From Octopus sinensis (Eukaryota): a stretch of DNA of 41,294 nucleotides. The notes under the pieces are model-generated. The model worked only from the letters and a program-made list of their open reading frames with translations, ran no database searches and had not been told where the DNA came from. Within the stretch, counting starts at the first letter, position 1, and each line of letters opens with the position of its first letter. Of this stretch, positions 13,015-26,140 are shown one piece after another. The DNA is taken from NCBI RefSeq assembly GCF_006345805.1, contig NW_021835377.1, positions 1 through 41,294 on the forward strand, written 5' to 3'. The translations under genes were made by a program, and so were the position numbers.

Positions 13015-14456
13015 TACGACGGGATTCTTTCAGTTTCCTTTCACCAAATCCAATCACAAGGATTTGGTCGACCCGGGGCTACTGTAGAAGACAATTGGAC
13101 AAGATGAGAGGCAGTGGGAATGAAACTGAAACCATGTGGTTCGTAAGCAAACTACTTACCACATAGCCATTCGTGCGCCGATTTTCATATATACGACGGG
13201 CTTCTTTCAGTTTCCCACTACCAACCCTACTCAGAATACTTTGGTCGATATTTTGGTCGGCCCGGGGGTATAGTTAATACACTTGCCGAAGGTGCCACGC
13301 TGTTGGATTTAATCCAGCACATTGAGGTTGGTAAGCAAACACTCTCACACACAATCGCGCGCGCAAATAGACACAGAGATGAAAGCACACATATTGGCTG
13401 ACCCACACACGCTCATGCAATTTCTTGGAGTGTCACGGTTTTAAGGTCAACATATTTAAACATGAAATAGCTTTCATGATCTATGTGCATGCGTGCAGAA
13501 GTGTGGGTTTTTGTGCGTGGTGAGCACAGTCCACACATACCCAAGGTGTCGCATCGGCTAATGTGACACAACCGCGAAAGTCTGTTTCACCCAGACATAC
13601 ACATACAGATATACGTGTATACCCACGCAGTATAATAGTGTTGAACAAAAAAGAAACTGTAAGGGATGGAACGGGAGTTCTTTCCATTTTATTAAGAAAA
13701 CTTGCATCTGTATGTGTGATAGTACGTGCGTGTATTCGTGTGCCCTTCGAGTGCGCGACAAACGCACACACACCACACACATTTAAACATATATACGATG
13801 GGATTCTTTCAGTTTCCTTCCACTAATCCAATCACAAGGATTAGGTCGGCCCTGGGGTACAGTAGTAGATAATTGCATAAGATGACAGGCAGTGGGAGTG
13901 AACACCAAACCATGTACAACATAGCCATTCCTACGCCGATATTCGTATATACGACGGGCTTCTTTCAGTTTCCCTCTACCAACTCCACTCAGAATACTTT
14001 GGTCGGCCCAAGGCTATAGTTGAATACACTTATCGAAGGTGCAACGCTGTTGGTTTAAACTCAGCGCATTGCGGTTCGTGAGCAATCATTCTCACAGAAA
14101 TGCGCGCGCAAATAGTCACAGAACGTCATGGTCTTAATGTCAACATGTTTAAAACAAAAATATCTACGAGTTTGCGTATATGCATGTATCTATATTCGTG
14201 AGTGCGGACGTGTGGGTGTTTGTGCGTGTGTGAGCACAGTCCACCCATACCCAAATTTGTTGCATTGTCTTGTGGGATCCAGCCGCGAAAGTTCCGGATC
14301 CCATTAATGAACTCATTTGCATACAAACAATTAGGGCTCACCTTGAACTTGTCCAGTTAACAAACAGTAGTGTCCGAATGGGAATTAGCTTGCTTACCTA
14401 ACAAATGTTTTCGAGTTCTGTCCCACTGGGTGGCACGTTGGGCAAATGTCTTCTAC
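13015..14456. repeat. Cluster of duplicated SINE 5' halves (mostly minus) and a shared non-SINE module (AAGGTCAACAT...GAGCACAGTCCAC)
   Basis: The module recurs at about 9620-10110, 13320-13600, 14070-14456 and 23875-24210. SINE heads at about 13015-13160, 13190-13365, 13795-13940 and 13950-14110 match 23600-23915. Confidence 0.8.
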
Positions 14457-16059
14457 TGGCATATAGACTCGAGGCGATAATAACTATGTCTCGAGTCTAT
14501 ATGATATAACTATTCCAAATCCACCACTCTCGCGTGGTTTTCTCCGCAGTAAATATAAACTAGATAGATATTTATATATATGTTTCTGTTTCCCCAAAAC
14601 CGCTTGACAACCGAAGCTGGTACTTTTTCACTCTAGTAACTTCGGGAAAAGACGACCAATAAATAAATTCTAGACTGTCATAGAGTTAGTCCTAGTGTCG
14701 ATTTGCTCTAGAAAATGCTGTGCTCCAGCATGGGCACAGTGAAATGACTAAATAAGGAAAAGCGTAAAAGTACGTGTGTCACGTCTGCATAATATATTCT
14801 AGAGCTACTTCCCTAGGAAATTATAATTTAATAAAAGTAAATAATTATATGTAAGGAAGTAACTCTGGAAGATTTTTACTAGTTATCTCCCTTTCGAGAG
14901 TTAAGTTCCTTGCATTTTATTTTATTATTGTTAAATTTTAATATTTAAGGGAAGGTACTGTAGAAGATACTCTGTACTCTCCCTAAAGTATGTAGTTATT
15001 GTATATAGACGTTGTCGCTCTTTGACTCTTTCAGTTATTTCACTGTGACCATGGTGGAGCACCGCCTTTAGTCAAGCAAATCAACCCCAGCAATTATTCT
15101 TTGTATGCCTATTACTTAACGTATTGGTCTCTTTTCCAGAACCCGCTAAGTTACGGGACGTAATGTTCGATGTACTGATTTAGTAGGTATTTATTTACTG
15201 TAAGAACTTCAATTATAAATTAGGGCTAGGAAAAATACTAGAAACTTTTTTGATATATTTATTGGGGCTCCTTGTGTGTGTGGGACTGTTTTTATTTAGT
15301 GAGTGCGGGTATTTCATTTCAGTGTTTGTGTGTGTGTGTGAGTGTTTCTATTTGTTTGTGTGTGTGCGACACAAATGCAACAAGCACTTTGACCATTTCT
15401 AAGATACCCACATTTGAGATCACTAACTACTAAATACAAATAAGTTCAATTTATTGCACCTTTAGTGACTTGAGATGTTGCTCATATTTTTGTCATGTGT
15501 CGACAGTGTATTAATTTCACAAGTGGATAAAAGAAATTCTCATACTGGCGTGGAGGGGCTGATATTCTAACTGCGAGTTCAATGCACCCAATGCCCCTTT
15601 ACATTCTGAATAAATTGTATGTTTGTGCTATTTAGGGTTAGGGTTTTATGTGTGAGTGTGTAACTGCGTTTTCATTTCTGTGTGTGGGTGCGTATGTTTG
15701 TGTGTGTGAGTGTGTGTTTGTGCGTATGTGAGTGTGTGAGAGTTTGGATGTGTAACTGTATTTTTCATTTCTATTTGTGTGTCTGTGTTTGTGCATGTGT
15801 AGGTATGTAACTGTCTTCATTTCTGTGTTTGTCCGCGTGTTTGAGTGTGTGAATATGTAGCTGTGTATTTTCATTTGTGTGTTTGTCTTTGTGCGCATGT
15901 GAGTGTTTTTTGTGAGTGGGACTTTTTATATTTGTGTGTGTGTGTGTTTTGTATTTTTCATTTCAGTGTTTGTGTGAATGTTTTTATTTTTGTGTGTACG
16001 TGTGTGTGAGCGACTGTGTTTTTATTCGTTTGTGTGTGTGCGACAATTACAGCTACAAA

Positions 16060-16440
16060 CAAACAGTTTAAGCATCTCCAAGATACCCACATTTGCAGAT
16101 CCCTAATTCTAAATGAAAGAAGTTCAATTTATTGCACCTTTAGTGACTTCAGATTTGCGAGTGTTAAGCCCCAATGCCCCCCGTATCTACATACCTGGAT
16201 TGGCCATAATTGGCCTCATTCGGAGATCTCTCGGGTGTGGAATATTTATAACTATAGAAGTTAACTTGTTACAGGTTTTGTTTATGGCTTAACTTTTGTA
16301 GATTTTGGGAAGTTCATAGATGTTACTGGCTTTGCAGTGAAATCTAGTCAAGCAATTTGTCTCCTTTTTTGTTAAATCGTGTTGGAACTGGTGGATAAGA
16401 GTAGACAGTTTGGTCATTACCTTCGAACGACTGTAGCTGT
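16060..16440 (-). mobile_element. Penelope-like RT N-terminal remnant (copy 2)
   Basis: ORF 16289-16510 ends LTKKETNCLTRFHCKASNIYELPKIYKS and continues past a stop into IPHPRDLRMRPIMA, matching the Penelope RT motif YGLPKIHK...RPII. Confidence 0.7.
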
Positions 16441-17042
16441 TGATGTTTTTTATACCGACACAGGTGTATTTTACTCCCTGTATTTTAGCGGTTCGGCAAA
16501 AGAGAGACAAGTTAGAATAAATACTAGCTTACAAAGAGTGCTGCTGACGCGACGATGTGATCGATCTAAAGGGCGCGATCCAGTAATATATAATATATAT
16601 ATATATATATACTTACAGATATACGCATATATACTATATAAACAAAAAGAAACTTGATTATGTCATTATTACTTTATTACAGATATTACATGAAACGTAT
16701 TATATGACGTTAGGGAAGTAACTCTAGGAGATATTTTCTGCTGGGACGTAGACAGACTAGCGTCCGTTGTGTAGCATTGTTTGGGGACCAACAGACATAC
16801 GCACACACATACACACGTACACATATAATAAACATATATATGACTGCATTTTTCCAGTTTCCTTCCACCATATCCAATCACAGCTTTGGCTTGGTCGGCT
16901 CAGGGCTATAGTAGATTTTTCAAACGATGCTGGTGTGTTTTCCTCCCTGTATTTGAGCGGCTCGGCAGAAAGAATAAGTTAGAATAAATACTGGCTTAGA
17001 AAGAATAAGTGCTGCTGACGATGTGCTCGAATAAGATAGATT

Positions 17043-17045
<3 letters not shown>

Positions 17046-17115
<70 letters not shown>

Positions 17116-17145
17116 TATATTTATAACGATATATCAGATATATAT
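17046..17145. repeat. (TA)n microsatellite at the CR1 3' junction
   Basis: Direct reading. Confidence 0.9.
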
Positions 17146-18958
17146 AAACTTAGATAAAACTTAGAATATGTTTCGACAAAGATTGGTCCAGGCTATGTCT
17201 AACTTAATAGCCCACCATTTAATAGGATTATTCGAATCCTGTTTAAGTCAAGTTTTGTTCAAGTAGTGAGTTCTTGTTGGGTGAGTTGTATCCAGTTTTG
17301 TTCAAGTAGTGAGTTCTTGTTGGGTCAGTTGTATCCTATTATGGGTGGCTTATCTGGTATTCTTTGAAGGAATCTATCCAGACTCCGTTTAAAGTTGATG
17401 GGATCCTTTTCCTCTTTGATCTCTTTCGGACAATGTTAATAGGGCATGGCCTGTTGAGGAAAGAAATTATGTTGCAGTGTACATGTATGTTGTCATCTTG
17501 AATTGGGCAGGGGACGTATAGCCCGTGGTCCAAGTTTGGATGAACCTTGAAGCTATGTTTAGGTCGTTTGGGCATAGTTGGCGTATATTTTCCCACATCG
17601 TCAAATGATGTACCGCTCACGGCAACGCTGGAGGGAGTAAAGTTTCAAGGCTTTACGGACGGGGATCCCAATAATCGAGAGCAGCATGCCTTCAATTCGT
17701 TTAGTGAGAGCCCCTGGGGCTGGGACTCAATTCTGGAGATATTTTGTCTTGTGTGGGAGACCACAGTGGGCAGCAGTATTCAAGGTGTGGCCGTACAAAG
17801 GAAGAAAAAGTGGTATGATGACACCTTGTTCTCTGGACCGGAAAGTTCTTAAGATCCAGGAACTCATCCTACGAGCTATATCGACCTTCTTGTTGATGTG
17901 TGCACTCCAACTGAGATCGTCATCAACAATACACCCAGGTCTCTGATATTGTTAGAGGCTGTGAGCGGTTCCCCTGAAGGAAGAGAGTATGGCTGTTTAG
18001 TGAGGAGTTTCTTCCAAAATGCATCAGCTCAAATTTTCCCTCGTTCAGTTGCATTTTGTTTCTGTCTGCCCATTGACTCACAGCATATAGATCAGACTGG
18101 AGTTGAGTTCGGTCTGCTTCTTCATTGACGATTGCTGGAGCTTGGTGTCATCAGCAAATATTTTCACTTTGCAGTAATGTACGACACTGGAAAGGTCGTT
18201 TATGTAGATTATGAAGAGTAGCGGACCCAAGACAGTCCCCTGGGGGACACCGCTGGTGACTTTTGCTGGGCTTGAGTGGACTCCATCAACTACAACATGT
18301 TGTGTTCTATTCGCAGGAAATACTTGATCCAGTGTAGAACTTTTCCACGGATTCCAACATTTGCCAATTTTGAGAGTAGGATATTATGGTCTACGCTGTC
18401 GAACGCTTTACTGAAGTCAAGATATATGACATCAGAGTTCGAACCTGTTCCCAAGGCTTTGAGTACATCTTCAATGTGTTGTAAGAGCTGTGTTAGACAG
18501 TCCCTGCCACAGCGAAAGCCATGCTGATTTGCATTTAGTAGTTTCTGGGTCTCCAGGAAGTCAGCCATCCTTGATCTTAACACTCTTTCAAACACTTTGA
18601 TGATGTGGGAGGTGAGTGAGATTGGGCGATAGTTGAGTGCGAGGGATCCGTTTCCCTGTTTGAAAACCGGGATGATTGACTGGGATAGAAACTGTTTTGG
18701 TATATAACATGCATCTAACCAATTTCTCCAGAGGTTGGTCAGTGGGACTGCAGGTTGGTGTTTACATTCCTTCAGGAGACTAGCGGGGAATCTATCAGGG
18801 CCTACAGCAGAGTAGTATTTGACCTCATTTATTGCTGCTACGATGTCAGTGGGAGTGAAGGTTATGTCTGCAATTTTGTGTTGGGAGTCAACTTCGTTCG
18901 TTTCTCTTGCGTCAATATCAGTGGGAACACTAAAGACAGCAGTATTTTTTCTGCAATA
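17146..18958 (-). mobile_element. 5'-truncated CR1-clade LINE (RT and C-terminus), copy 1
   Basis: ORF 18290-19048 has NYRPISLTSHIIKVFER, NQHGFR..RDCLTQLL and VIYLDFSKAFD, followed by GVPQGTVLGPLLF, FADDTK and VRPHLEYCCPLWSP. Short tandem tail (CTAAGTTT(T)AT). Frameshifted. Confidence 0.92.
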
Positions 18959-19571
18959 TATATATAGAGAGAAACATGTATATACATATAGATATTTATA
19001 TATATGTATATGTGTGTATGTTTCGGTGTCCCCAAAACCGCCTGACAACCAATGCCGATGTTTTTCTCACTGTTAACTTATCCGTTCGGGAAAAGCAGAC
19101 CAACAGAATTAATACTAGACTGACGTAGATAAAGGTCCTAGTGTCGATTTGCTCTAGAAAAGCTGTGCTCCAGCATTGGCACAGCGAAATGACTAAACAA
19201 GGAAAACAGCAAAAGTGTATGCGTTACGTCTGAACATTATATTGTAGAGTTAATTAGCTTCCATAATACATTTTGATAATCGTCGTTACGTATTTAAATG
19301 TAAGGGAGGTAACTTTTGAATATTTTTCTTAGTTATCTCCCTTTCTAGAGTTACACCCCATGCATATTATTAATTATTAAATTATATAATATGCAAGGTA
19401 AGTCACTTGCGAAGGAAGATAACTCCGAAATCTTCCAGAGTTACTTCCGTTACATCTAATTAAATTATGATATTCAAGGGAAGTAACTCTAGAAAGAGAA
19501 ATAGGTACAAAATTTTGCAGAGTTACTTCACTTACATGTAATTACATTACGATTGGTGTTCCGGTTGGGGT

Positions 19572-19650
19572 TGGATTAGGGTTATGGTTGTGGTTAGGGT
19601 TAGGGGGTTAGGGTCAGGGTCGGGGTTAGGTTGGGGTTAGGGTTAGTGTT
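19572..19650 (+). repeat. Degenerate (TTAGGG)n telomere-like tract
   Basis: TTAGGG, TCAGGG, TTGGGG, TTATGG and TTAGTG variants in tandem. Confidence 0.85.
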
Positions 19651-22600
19651 AGCCTCGTTCACACATCATGCGTCCATACAAACACGCCTCGTTCACCGCC
19701 ATGCGTTCATACAAACAAGGCTCGTTCACCCGTCATGCGTCCATACAAACAACCTGGTTCATACACCATGCGTCCATACATACACGCCTCGTTCACACAT
19801 CATGCGTCCACACAAACAAGCCTCGTTCACACATCATGCGTCCATACTCGCCTCGTTCACACATCATGCGTCCACACAAACAAGCCTCGTTCACACATCA
19901 TTCGTCCATACAAACAGGCCTCGTTCATACATCATGCGTCCATACATACACGCCTCGTTCATACATCATGCGTCCATACACGCCTCGTTCAAACATCATG
20001 CGTCCACACAAACAAGCCTCGTTCACACATCATTCGTCCATACAAACAGGCCTCGTTCATACATCATGCGTCCATACATACACGCCTCGTTCATACATCA
20101 TGCGTCCATACACGACTCGTTCAAACATCATGCGTCCACACAAAGAAGCCTCGTTCACACATCATGCGTCCATTCAAACAGGTCTCGTTCACCCGTCATG
20201 CGTCCATACAAACAAGCCTCGTTCACACATCATTCGTCCATACAAACAAGCCTCGTTCACACATCATTCGTCCATACAAACAAGCCTCGTTCACACATCA
20301 TGCGTCCATACATACACGCCTCGTTCACACATCATGCGTCCATACAAACAGGCCTCGTTCACACATCATGCGTCACACAACCAAGCCTCGTTCAAACATC
20401 ATGCGTCCATAACAACAAGCCTCGTTCACCCGTCATGCGTCCATACAAACAAGCTCGTTCACACATCATGCGTCCATACACACATGCCTCGTTCACACAT
20501 CATGCGTCCATACACACAAGCCTCGTTCACACATCATGCGTCCATACACGCCTCGTTCACACATCATGCGTCCACACAAAGAAGCCTCGTTCACACATCA
20601 TGCGTCCATTCAAACAAGCATCGTTCACACATCATGCGTTCATACAAACAAGTCTCGTTCACCCGTCATGCGTCCATACAAACAAGCCTCGTTCACACAT
20701 CATTCGTCCATACAAACAAGCCTCGTTCACACATCATTCGTCCATACAAACAAGCCTCGTTCACACATCATGCGTCCATACATACACGCCTCGTTCACAC
20801 ACATCATGCGTCCATACAAACAGGCCTCGTTCACCACATATGCGTCCACACAACCAGCCTCGTTCACACATCATGCGTCCATAAACAAGCCTCGTTCACC
20901 CGTCATGCGTCCAAACAAACAAGCCTCGTTCACACATCATGCGTCCATAAACACAGCTTCGTTCACAATATGCGTCATACACACAAGCCTCGTTCACACA
21001 TCATGCGTCCATACACGCCTCGTTCACACATCATGCGTCCCACAAAGAAGCCTCGTTCACACATCATGCGTCCATTCAACAGGTCTCGTTCACCCGTCAT
21101 GCGTCCATACAAACAAGCCTCGTTCACACATCATTCGTCCATACAAACAAGCCTCGTTCACACATCATTCGTCCATACAACAAGCCTCGTTCACACATCA
21201 TGCGTCCATACATACACGCCTCGTTCACACATCATGCGTCCATACAAACAGGCCTCGTTCACACATCATGCGTCCACACAACCAAGCCTCGTTCAAACAT
21301 CATGCGTCCATACAAACAAGCCTCGTTCACCCGTCATGCGTCCATACAAACAAGCCTCGTTCACACATCATGCGTCATACACACATGCCCGTTCACACAT
21401 CATGCGTCCATACACACAAGCCTCGTTCACACATCATGCGTCCATACACGCCTCGTTCACACATCATGCGTCCAACACAAAGAAGCCTCGTTCACACATC
21501 ATGCGTCCATTCAAACAAGCATCGTTCACACATCATGCGTTCATACAAACAAGTCTCGTTCACCCGTCATGCGTCCATACAAACAAGCCTCGTTCACACA
21601 TCATTCGTCCATACAAACAAGCCTCGTTCACACATCATTCGTCCATACAAACAAGCCTCGTTCACACATCATGCGTCCATACATACACGCCTCGTTCACA
21701 CATCATGCGTCCATACAAACAGGCCTCGTTCACACATCATGCGTCCACACAACCAAGCCTCGTTCACACATCATGCGTCCATACAAACAAGCCTCGTTCA
21801 CCCGTCATGCGTCCAAACAAACAAGCCTCGTTCACACATCATGCGTCCATACACACAAGCTTCGTTCACACATCATGCGTCCATACACACAAGCCTCGTT
21901 CACACACATCATGCGTCCATACACGCCTCGTTCACACATCATGCGTCCACACAAAGAAGCCTCGTTCACACATCATGCGTCCATTCAAACAATCATCGTT
22001 CACACATCATGCGTTCATACAAACAAGTCTCGTTCACCCGTCATGCGTCCATACAAACAAGCCTCGTTCACACATCATGCGTCCATACAAACAGGCCTCG
22101 TTCACACATGCGTTCATACGAACAAGCCTCGTTCACACATCATGCGTCCATACAAACAAGCCTCGTTCACACATCATGCGTCCATACAAACAGACCTCGT
22201 TCACACATCATGCGTTCATACAAACAGGCCTCGTTCACACATCATGCGTCCATACAAACAGGCCTCGTTCACCCGTCATGCGTCCATGCAAACCAGCCTC
22301 GTTCACACATCATGCGTCCATACAAACAGGCCTCGTTCACACATCATGCGTCCATACAAACAGGCCTCGTTCACACATGCGTTCATACGAACAAGCCTCG
22401 TTCACACATCATGCGTTCATACGAACAAGCCTCGTTCACACATCATGCGTCCATACAAACAGGCCTCGTTCACACATCATGCGTTCATACAAACAAGCCT
22501 CGTTCACACATCATGCGTCCATACAAACAGGCCTCGTTCACACATCTTGCGTCCATACACACAAGCCCCGTTCACACATCATGCGTCCATACAAACAGGC

Positions 22601-23268
22601 CTCGTTCACACATCATGCCTCCATACAAACCAGCCTCGTTCACACATCATGCGTCCATACAAACAAGCCTCGTTCACACATCATGCGTCCATACAAACAA
22701 GCCTCGTTCACCCGTCATGCGTCCATACAAACAAGCCTCGTTCACCCGTCATGCGTCCATACAAACAATGCTCGTTCACCCGTCATGCGTCCATACAAAC
22801 AGGCCTCGTTCACACATTATGCGTCCATACAAACAAGCCTCGTTCACACATCATGCGTCCATACAAACAATGCTCGTTCACCCGTCATGCGTCCATACAA
22901 ACAGGCCTCGTTCACACATCATGCGTCCATACAAACAAGCCTCGTTCACCCGTCATGCGTCCATACAAACAATGCTCGTTCACCCGTCATGCGTCCATAC
23001 AAACAAGCCTCGTTCACACATCATGCGTCCATACAAACAAGCCTCGTTCACACATCATGCGTCCATACAAACAGGCCTCGTTCACACATCATGCGTCCAT
23101 ACAAACCAGCCTCGTTCACACATCATGCGTCCATACAAACAAGCCTCGTTCACACATCATGCGTCCATACACACAAGCCTCGTTCACACATGCGTCCATA
23201 CACACAAGCCTCGTTCACACATGCGTTCATACATACAATCCTCGTTCACACACCATGCGTCCATACAT
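19651..23268 (+). repeat. 34-bp tandem satellite, ~107 monomers, consensus GCCTCGTTCACACATCATGCGTCCATACAAACAA, with higher-order repeats
   Basis: Monomer read directly; 30- and 31-bp variants are present; marker CAAAGAAG recurs at 20141, 20577, 21043, 21478 and 21952. Confidence 0.97.
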
Positions 23269-23278
23269 AGATTTTCAT

Positions 23279-23600
23279 AAATTCAGGGACATTTAATTCA
23301 GGGGCAGGTAATTAAGGGACAGGTATTCCAGGGGCAGGTAATTCAGGGGCATGTAATTCAGGGGCAGGTAATTGAGGGGCAGGTAATTCAGTGGCAGTTA
23401 ATTATGGGGAAGGTAATTCAGGGCAGATAATCCAGGGGCAGGTAATTCAGGGGAAGGTAAATCAGAGGAATATAAATGAGGGTCAGGTAATCCAGGGTTA
23501 CGTAATTCAGGGGCAGGTAATTTACAAGTGCATGTAATTCAGGGTCATATAACTCGGGGGCAGGTGATTCAGGTGCATGTAACTCAGGGGCAGGTAAGTT
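23279..23600 (+). repeat. 15-bp G-rich minisatellite (AATTCAGGGGCAGGT)n, ~21 degenerate copies
   Basis: Direct reading. Confidence 0.92.
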
Positions 23601-24370
23601 TCCTTCCACTAAATCCCATCACAAGGATTAGCTAGGCCCTGGGCTACAATAGTAGACAATTGCAGAAGATGACAGGCAGTGGGAATGAACCCGAAACCAT
23701 GTGGTTCGTAAGCAAACTACTTACAACATAACCATTCCTACGTCGATATTCATATATACGACGGGCTTCTTTCAGTTTCCCTCTACAAACTCCACTCAGA
23801 ATACATTGGTCGGCCCTAGGCTATAGTCGAATACACTTGCCGAAGATGCAACGCTGTTGGTTTGAACTCAGCACATTGCGGTTCGTGAGCAATCATTCTC
23901 ACAGAAATGCGCGCACAAACAGACACATAATGTCACGGTTTAAAGGTCAACATGTTTAAAACATAAATAGCTACGAGTTTGCGTATATGCATGTCTCTAT
24001 GTGCCTGGGTGCGGACGTGTGTTTCCAGAAAGTCGCAGTTTTAAGGTCAACATATTTAAAACATAAATAGGTACGAGATTGCGTCTTTGCATGTATCTAT
24101 ATTCGTGGGTGCGGACGTGTGAGTGTTTGTGCGTGTGTGAGCACAGTCCACCTATACCCAAGCTGGTTGCATCGTCTCATAAGAAACAGCCGTGAAAGTT
24201 CCGGATCACATTATATTAATTCTGTTGGTCTTCTTTTCCCGAACGAATAAGTTAATGGAGTGTAAAAAACACCGGCATTGGTTGTCCAGCGGTTTTGGGG
24301 ACACCGAACATACACACATATACATATATATAAATATCTATATGTATATACATGTTTCTCTCTCTATATA

Positions 24371-26140
24371 TATTGCAGAAACATACTGCTGCTGTCTTTA
24401 GTGACTCCCAACACAAAATTGCAGACATAACCTTCACTCCCACTGGCATCGTAGCACAGCAATAAATGAGGTCAAATACTACTCTGCCGTAGGCCCTGAT
24501 AGATTCCCAGTTAGTCTCCGGAAGGAATGTAAACACCAACTTGCTGTCCCACTGACCAACCTATGGAGGAATTCATTAGATGCAGGTTATATACCAAAAC
24601 AGTTTCTATCCCAGTCAATCATCCCGGTTTTCAAACAGGGAAACGGATCCCTCGCACTCAACTATCGCCCAATCTCACTCACCTCCCACATCATCAAAGT
24701 GTTTGAAAGTGTTAAGATCAAGGATGGCTGACTTCCTGGAGACCCAGAAACTACTAAATGCAAATCAGCATGGCTTTCGCTGTGGCAGGGACTGTCTAAC
24801 ACAGCTCTTATACCACATTGAAGATGTACTCAAAGCCTTGGGAACAGGTTCGAACTCTGATGTCATATATCTTGACTTCAGTAAAGCGTTCGATATCCTA
24901 CTCTCAAAATTGGCAAATGTTGGAGTCCGTGGAAAAATTCTACAGTGGATCAAGTATTTCCTGGCGAATAGAACACATGTTGTAGTTGATGGAGTCCACT
25001 CAAGCCCAGCAAAAGTCACCAGCGGTGTCCCCCAGGGGACTGTCTTGGGTCCGCTACTCTTCATAATCAACATAAACGACCTTTCCAGTGTCGTACATTA
25101 CTGCAAAGTGAAAATATTTGCTGATGACACCAACTCCAGCAAATCGTCAATGAAGAAGCAGACCGAACTCAACTCCAGTCTGATCTATATGCTGTGAGTC
25201 AATGGGCAGACAGAAATAAAATGCAACTGAACGAGGGAAATTTGAGCTGATGCATTTGGGAAGAAACTCCTCACTAAAACAGCCATACTCTCTTCCTTCA
25301 GGGGAACCGCTCACAGCCTCTAACAATATCAGAGACCTGCGTGTAATTGTTGATGACGATCTCAGTTGGAGTGCACACATCAACAAGAAGGTCGATATAG
25401 CTCGTAGGATGAGTTCCTGGATCTTAAGAACTTTCCGGTCCAGAGAACAAGGTGTCATCATATCACTTTTTTCCTCCTTTGTACGGCCACACCTTGAATA
25501 CTGCTGCCCACTGTGGTCTCCTCACACAAGACAAAACATCTCCAGAATTGAGTCCCCAGAGGGCACTCACTAAACGCATTGAAGGCATGGCTGCTCTCGA
25601 TTATTGGGATCGCCTTAAAGCCTTGAAACTTTACTTTACTCCCTCCAGCGTCGCCGTGAGCGGTACATCATTTGTACGATGTGGAAAATATACCGTCAAC
25701 TTTGCCCAAACGCCCTAAACATTAGCTTCAAGGTTCATCCAAGACTTGGACCACGGCTATACGTCCCCTGCCCCCAATTCAAGATCACAACATACATGTA
25801 CACTGCAGCACAATTTCTTTTCCTCAACAGGCCCTGCCCTATTTAACATTGTCCCGAGAGAGATCAAAGAGGAAAAGGATCCCATCAACTTTAAACAGAG
25901 TCTGGATAGATTCCTTCAAAAATACCAGATAAGCACCCATAATTGGATATAACTCACCCAACAAGAACTCACTACTTGAACAAACTGGATACAACTCACC
26001 CAAGAACTCACTACTTGAACAAACTTGACTTAAACAAAACTTGACTTAAACAGGATTCGAATAATCCTATCAGGTGGTGCTATTAAGTTAGACATGGCCT
26101 GGACCAATCTTTGGTCGAAACATATCTAAGTTTATCTAAG
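24371..26140 (+). mobile_element. 5'-truncated CR1-clade LINE, copy 2 (inverted duplicate of 17146-18958)
   Basis: ORFs 24580-25197 and 25250-25573 carry the same RT motifs. It has the same 5' truncation point (ATATTGCAGAAA), the same upstream flank and a CTAAGTTTATCTAAG tail. Confidence 0.92.

Noticed and set aside
19572-19650. True chromosome end
   Set aside because: The tract is short, degenerate and internal.
19651-23268. CRISPR array
   Set aside because: The monomers are contiguous with no unique spacers, the context is eukaryotic, and there are no cas genes.
19668-23270. 1200-aa ORF (and overlapping 914, 698 and 417-aa ORFs) as a real gene or zinc-finger array
   Set aside because: All three frames are open only because the 34-bp monomer has no stop. 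The period is not a multiple of 3, and there is no C-x2-C...H-x3-H spacing.
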